A stretch of 64,000 nt of DNA from Malacoraja senta. Lineage: Eukaryota. The notes under the pieces were generated by a model that made no database searches, was not told the origin of the DNA, and saw only the letters and a list, made by a program, of their open reading frames with translations. Below are positions 60,717 to 64,000 of this stretch, piece by piece. The stretch covers positions 5,210,001 to 5,274,000 of the forward strand of contig CM075996.1 of assembly GCA_038087875.1 (NCBI GenBank), in the 5' to 3' direction. Every line of letters begins with the position of its first letter. Positions within the stretch are counted from its first letter, which is position 1. The translations under genes were made by a program, and so were the position numbers.

Positions 60717-62062
60717 AAGGTTCAGAAAGACTCGGAAAGGTTTCACAGTGTACCTGGGGTGCATGTTGTGGTGCCATCATCCCCATTTATTGGTGTGGCA
60801 TGGGACTCATCGGACTCTGTAACACCAAGGAATTCATAGTGAGTAATTCATAAAAAGCATTAATGTAAAAAGTTTATAAATTCAATAAACTTTGATTAAA
60901 AGATTTTACTGGCAGAAGAAGTCTGTGCGCCCTTGCCAAGACCAAGCCCTCCAAGCAGTAGCTGTGCCATTGCGACTCGGGGATCTGTAACATCTCCTCC
61001 CTCAGTAGCACTGAGTAGGCGTAAACGATTCTTTCGTGTGGCGTCCTTGGGTGCGACAAGCCGTTTATTGTCACGGCATTGGTATTAGCCTGTCGCATGA
61101 TCTGCAACAAAGAGAGTGCAATCCTGGTAAGTATTTTTTGGGAGGGGATGGAGAAACGTGGACGTCGGGCGGAGTAAATGAGAAATTTGCTGATGGTTCA
61201 CCCGAAAGCACTTACATCCGCGAACATCTCCCGCTGAAGTTGTTGAACAGGCACGTCGCAACCTGCCGCAGTTGTGCAGGCCGGCTTCCGCTTGGCATGC
61301 TGCTGTTTGTCCGCAGTGCCGGACCCAGAGGGTCCCTCTGGGGGATCCGTCTTGCCCTCTCTCGAGTTGGCGCACGATGATTTCCTCCTGGTAACCTGGA
61401 AGAATGTAAATGTGTATCAGAAATGTGCAAGGCCATCAGGACGTAGCAAGCAAGGTGACCACCAAGTTATCATTGTCAAATATCATTTGACTATCTCACT
61501 TTCCAACAAATTATAATTGTCACATCATTTTCTTAACTATTCACCTTCTTGCCGCTCTGCCTCCTCTGGATTATGTGGTTCCGCACGAACCCCCATTTCT
61601 CCACTATCCACTGGTCTCTGTCAGTCAGTGGCTTACTGGCAGAGCCAGACTTGCCAAGATTGTGAGACAGCTTCCCAAACCGTGTCCTCTGACTCTTGAG
61701 CCATTTACCCAGTTGGTCAACTGTGAAAACATAGAATAAATGAGGATCAGTGTTGAGCAAATTGTAATCTTAATTGGAACTGCAATTACAACCACAGAAA
61801 TGTAGACAAACTACAAAGTATGTACTTACAAGAGCAGCCAGGGAACTCCTTCGCCTTGTCTTCAAGCATCGCGTTGCGGTGATTCCTGCTCCTGAACTCA
61901 CTATGGTACTTAACGTACAGTTCTCGGTGGGCCTGATACCATTCTACCAGGTCTTCCTCTTGTTCCCTGGTAAAATAATAAGGCCTTGTCTTCTTCTTCG
62001 CCGGCGCAGCTGAGGCATCCGTCTCCTGAGCCAAACCCGAGTCCCATTCTGCAGCAGCAGCT

Positions 62063-62350
62063 GGGGCAGGAGCTGAGGTGGGAACTGGGGTAGGAACTGG
62101 TGAAGGTGCTGAGGTAGGAGATAAGGCAGGAGATGGGGCAGGAACTGGTGAAGGTGCTGAGGCAGGAGATAAGGCAGGCGATGGGGCAGGAGATGGGGCA
62201 GGAACTGGTGAAGGTGCTGAGGCAGGAGAGAAGGCAGGAGATGGGGTATGAACTGGTGAGGGTGTTGAGGCAGAAGATAAGGCAGGAGATGGGGTAGGAA
62301 CTGGTGAGGGTGTTGAGGCATAAGATAGGGCAGGAGATGGGACAGGAACT
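62063..62350 (-). repeat. Coding minisatellite, 48-bp unit (SPALSxASxPSPVPxP), about 5 copies, in Harbinger ORF2
   Basis: Visible in ORF 61786..62541. Confidence 0.85.
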
Positions 62351-62953
62351 GAAGCAGGAGCAGGGTCAGGAACATGGCCAGAAGCAGTGGCTGGACCCTC
62401 CAGGATCTGTTTGTTCTCTCTAAGAACCTGTTTTATCTTGTCCTGCATGGATTGCTTCATAATGTTCCTGGGGTTCCTTGTTCTCTTCATGTTCTGTGTG
62501 GATCGCTGCAGCTGGGAAGAAAAGGGACTACTCGGTGGCAAGAAACGTGGGAAGTGTGGGGATTGTTTTCAAATCGCGCGCGGATTTTATGCTGACGCGA
62601 TAAAGGCGGGTGGACTGATAATGGACGTCGCACGGCGTCGGTCGGGCGGTGACGTCATCGAGCAACGCCACGCGCTCGCCGTACGCCGTCAAGACGCTGG
62701 GTACGCCGTCAAGATGCTGCGTACGCCCTCAGTGCGCCTGCGGGCCGACAGTACGGGATATTCGGAGCCCTGCGCGATGTCGGGAAGTGGGACCGGCCCC
62801 GCACGGCCATACGGTGCCCGTACGCCTCAAGCGACCACGTTTGGTCGCGCCAGATGCATGCAGTCGCATGCAACGCGTGTCATCACTCGCGCTTTTCTCC
62901 ACTGCGATATTTCCCTTTTGTTTATTCACAAACCATTCTTACTGCTCAATTAA

Positions 62954-63951
62954 ATTAGAAGAAAATGTAGAAGAAAGTCATTTGCACAGATTTTTCTTAT
63001 GGGGTTCTGGAAATAATATTCTGGAGACTAATCCCTATTTCCTGCAGATTCCTGATTAATCTTGGAGACTTGGCAAATTTACAGCAAGCTGGCTGAAGAT
63101 GTGTGCTTCCTCCGCCTTACTTGGAATCCTACACAGCTGCATCATTTTTGTAGTTTAGAGATACAGCGCGGAATGGTAGCGTCTGAGTAGAATGGTACGT
63201 TGGGACAGAGACAGCCTGGGAGACGTGCAGCCGGACATCAGGAAACAGCAGCTTCACTTCCCTACCTTAAACCGGCTGGGAAGTATCAGTTGGCCACAGC
63301 TCAGGGGCAGTGGGACCATGTGTGTGCCCATGACGTGGTTAGCATCAGCATGCCAGTAAAGCAGAATTAAAAGGGTGTTCAGGCTAATAGCTTCCCCACA
63401 ACATCACCACATTGCATCGGCGCAGAATGCTACTTGTTGGAGCTGGCTGCCTCTTTCTCCCACGCCACAGCCTACACTTCACAAATGCGGTCGGTGGCAC
63501 AGCGGTAGAGTTGCTGCCTCACAGTGCCAGAGCCCCGGGTTTGATCCCAAGCAACCACGAGTGCTGTCTGCGTGGGGTTTGTACATTCTCCTTGTGTCCT
63601 CCGTGGGTGTTTCGGTTTCCTCCCACACTCCAAAGAAGTACAGGTTTGTAGGTTAATTGGTGGTAACATTGTAAATTGTCCCTCGTGTGTGTTAGTGTAC
63701 GGGGATCGCTGGCCGGCGTGGGCTCAGTGGGTCCAAAGGCCTGATGGGTCTGTTTCCGCGCTGTATCTCTAAACTAAAAAATGATGCAGCTGTGTAGGAT
63801 TCCAAGTAAGGCTGAGGAAGCACAGATCTTCAGCCAGTTTGCTGTAAATTTGCCAAGTCTCCAAGATGAATCTGGAATCTGCACAATATTATTTCCACAA
63901 CCCCATAAGAAAAATCTTTGCAAATGACTTTCTTCTACATTTTCTTCTAAT
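62954..63951. repeat. Inverted duplication with ~200-220 bp arms (62954-63173 and 63754-63951)
   Basis: attagaagaaaatgtagaagaaagtcatttgca...tagtttagagatacagcgcggaa versus ttccgcgctgtatctctaaacta...tgcaaatgactttcttctacattttcttctaat. Confidence 0.9.
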
Positions 63952-64000
63952 ATTCTATTGAAATAATATTGGAGATGGTGAGAAGCATCCGTCCATCCAA

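Larger units (their letters stand above)
59958..62490 (-). pseudogene. Harbinger second gene: spliced Myb/SANT (MADF/trihelix-like) DNA-binding protein
   Basis: Minus-strand exons 62490-61830, 61720-61545, 61395-61216 and 61101-~60910 have GT-AG boundaries and compatible phases; two further exons (~60817-60755 with an in-frame TAA, ~60177-59958) are tentative. Spliced peptide FTREQEEDLVEWYQAHRELY...KAKEFPGCSFDQLGKWLKSQRTRFGKL. Confidence 0.75.
58005..62873. mobile_element. PIF/Harbinger DNA transposon, near full length, two convergent genes, right terminus truncated
   Basis: TTA then left TIR AGGGCCTGTCCCACTTGCATGCGATTGCATGCGTCTGGCGCGAC; right end TCGCGCCAGATGCATGCAGTCGCATGCAA is the inverted copy but lacks the outer GTGGGACAGGCCCT; encodes a DDE transposase (+) and a Myb/SANT-like protein (-). 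Confidence 0.92.

Noticed and set aside
44354..64000. Exons of a downstream neighbour gene such as TXNDC11
   Set aside because: No ORF or spliceable segment I could recognise as a host protein; the long ORFs here are TE-derived

Overview
Eukaryotic (vertebrate) genomic DNA. The repeat content (HE1/V-type SINEs, CR1 LINEs) points to a cartilaginous fish, probably a skate or ray; this is inference. One host gene is present: a ZC3H7-family TPR + CCCH zinc-finger gene, best matching ZC3H7A, on the + strand. I reconstructed 22 coding exons from 5707 to 44353, all GT-AG and phase-compatible, giving 2937 nt / 978 aa. The promoter and first non-coding exon are not evident in the window. The rest is transposon-dense. 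It contains a decayed two-gene PIF/Harbinger transposon (58005-62873) with six MITEs sharing its terminal motif; Penelope-like GIY-YIG retroelements and many short copies of their terminal repeat carrying a minimal hammerhead-ribozyme motif, often as palindromes with 10-16 bp target duplications; a candidate P-superfamily MITE with an 8-bp TSD; an internally deleted HERO-like retroposon; a near full-length Rex1/Babar LINE with a nested CR1; and L2, L1, V-SINE and CORE-like SINE copies. Family assignments come from recalled motifs, not database searches, and repeat boundaries are approximate unless TSDs are quoted.
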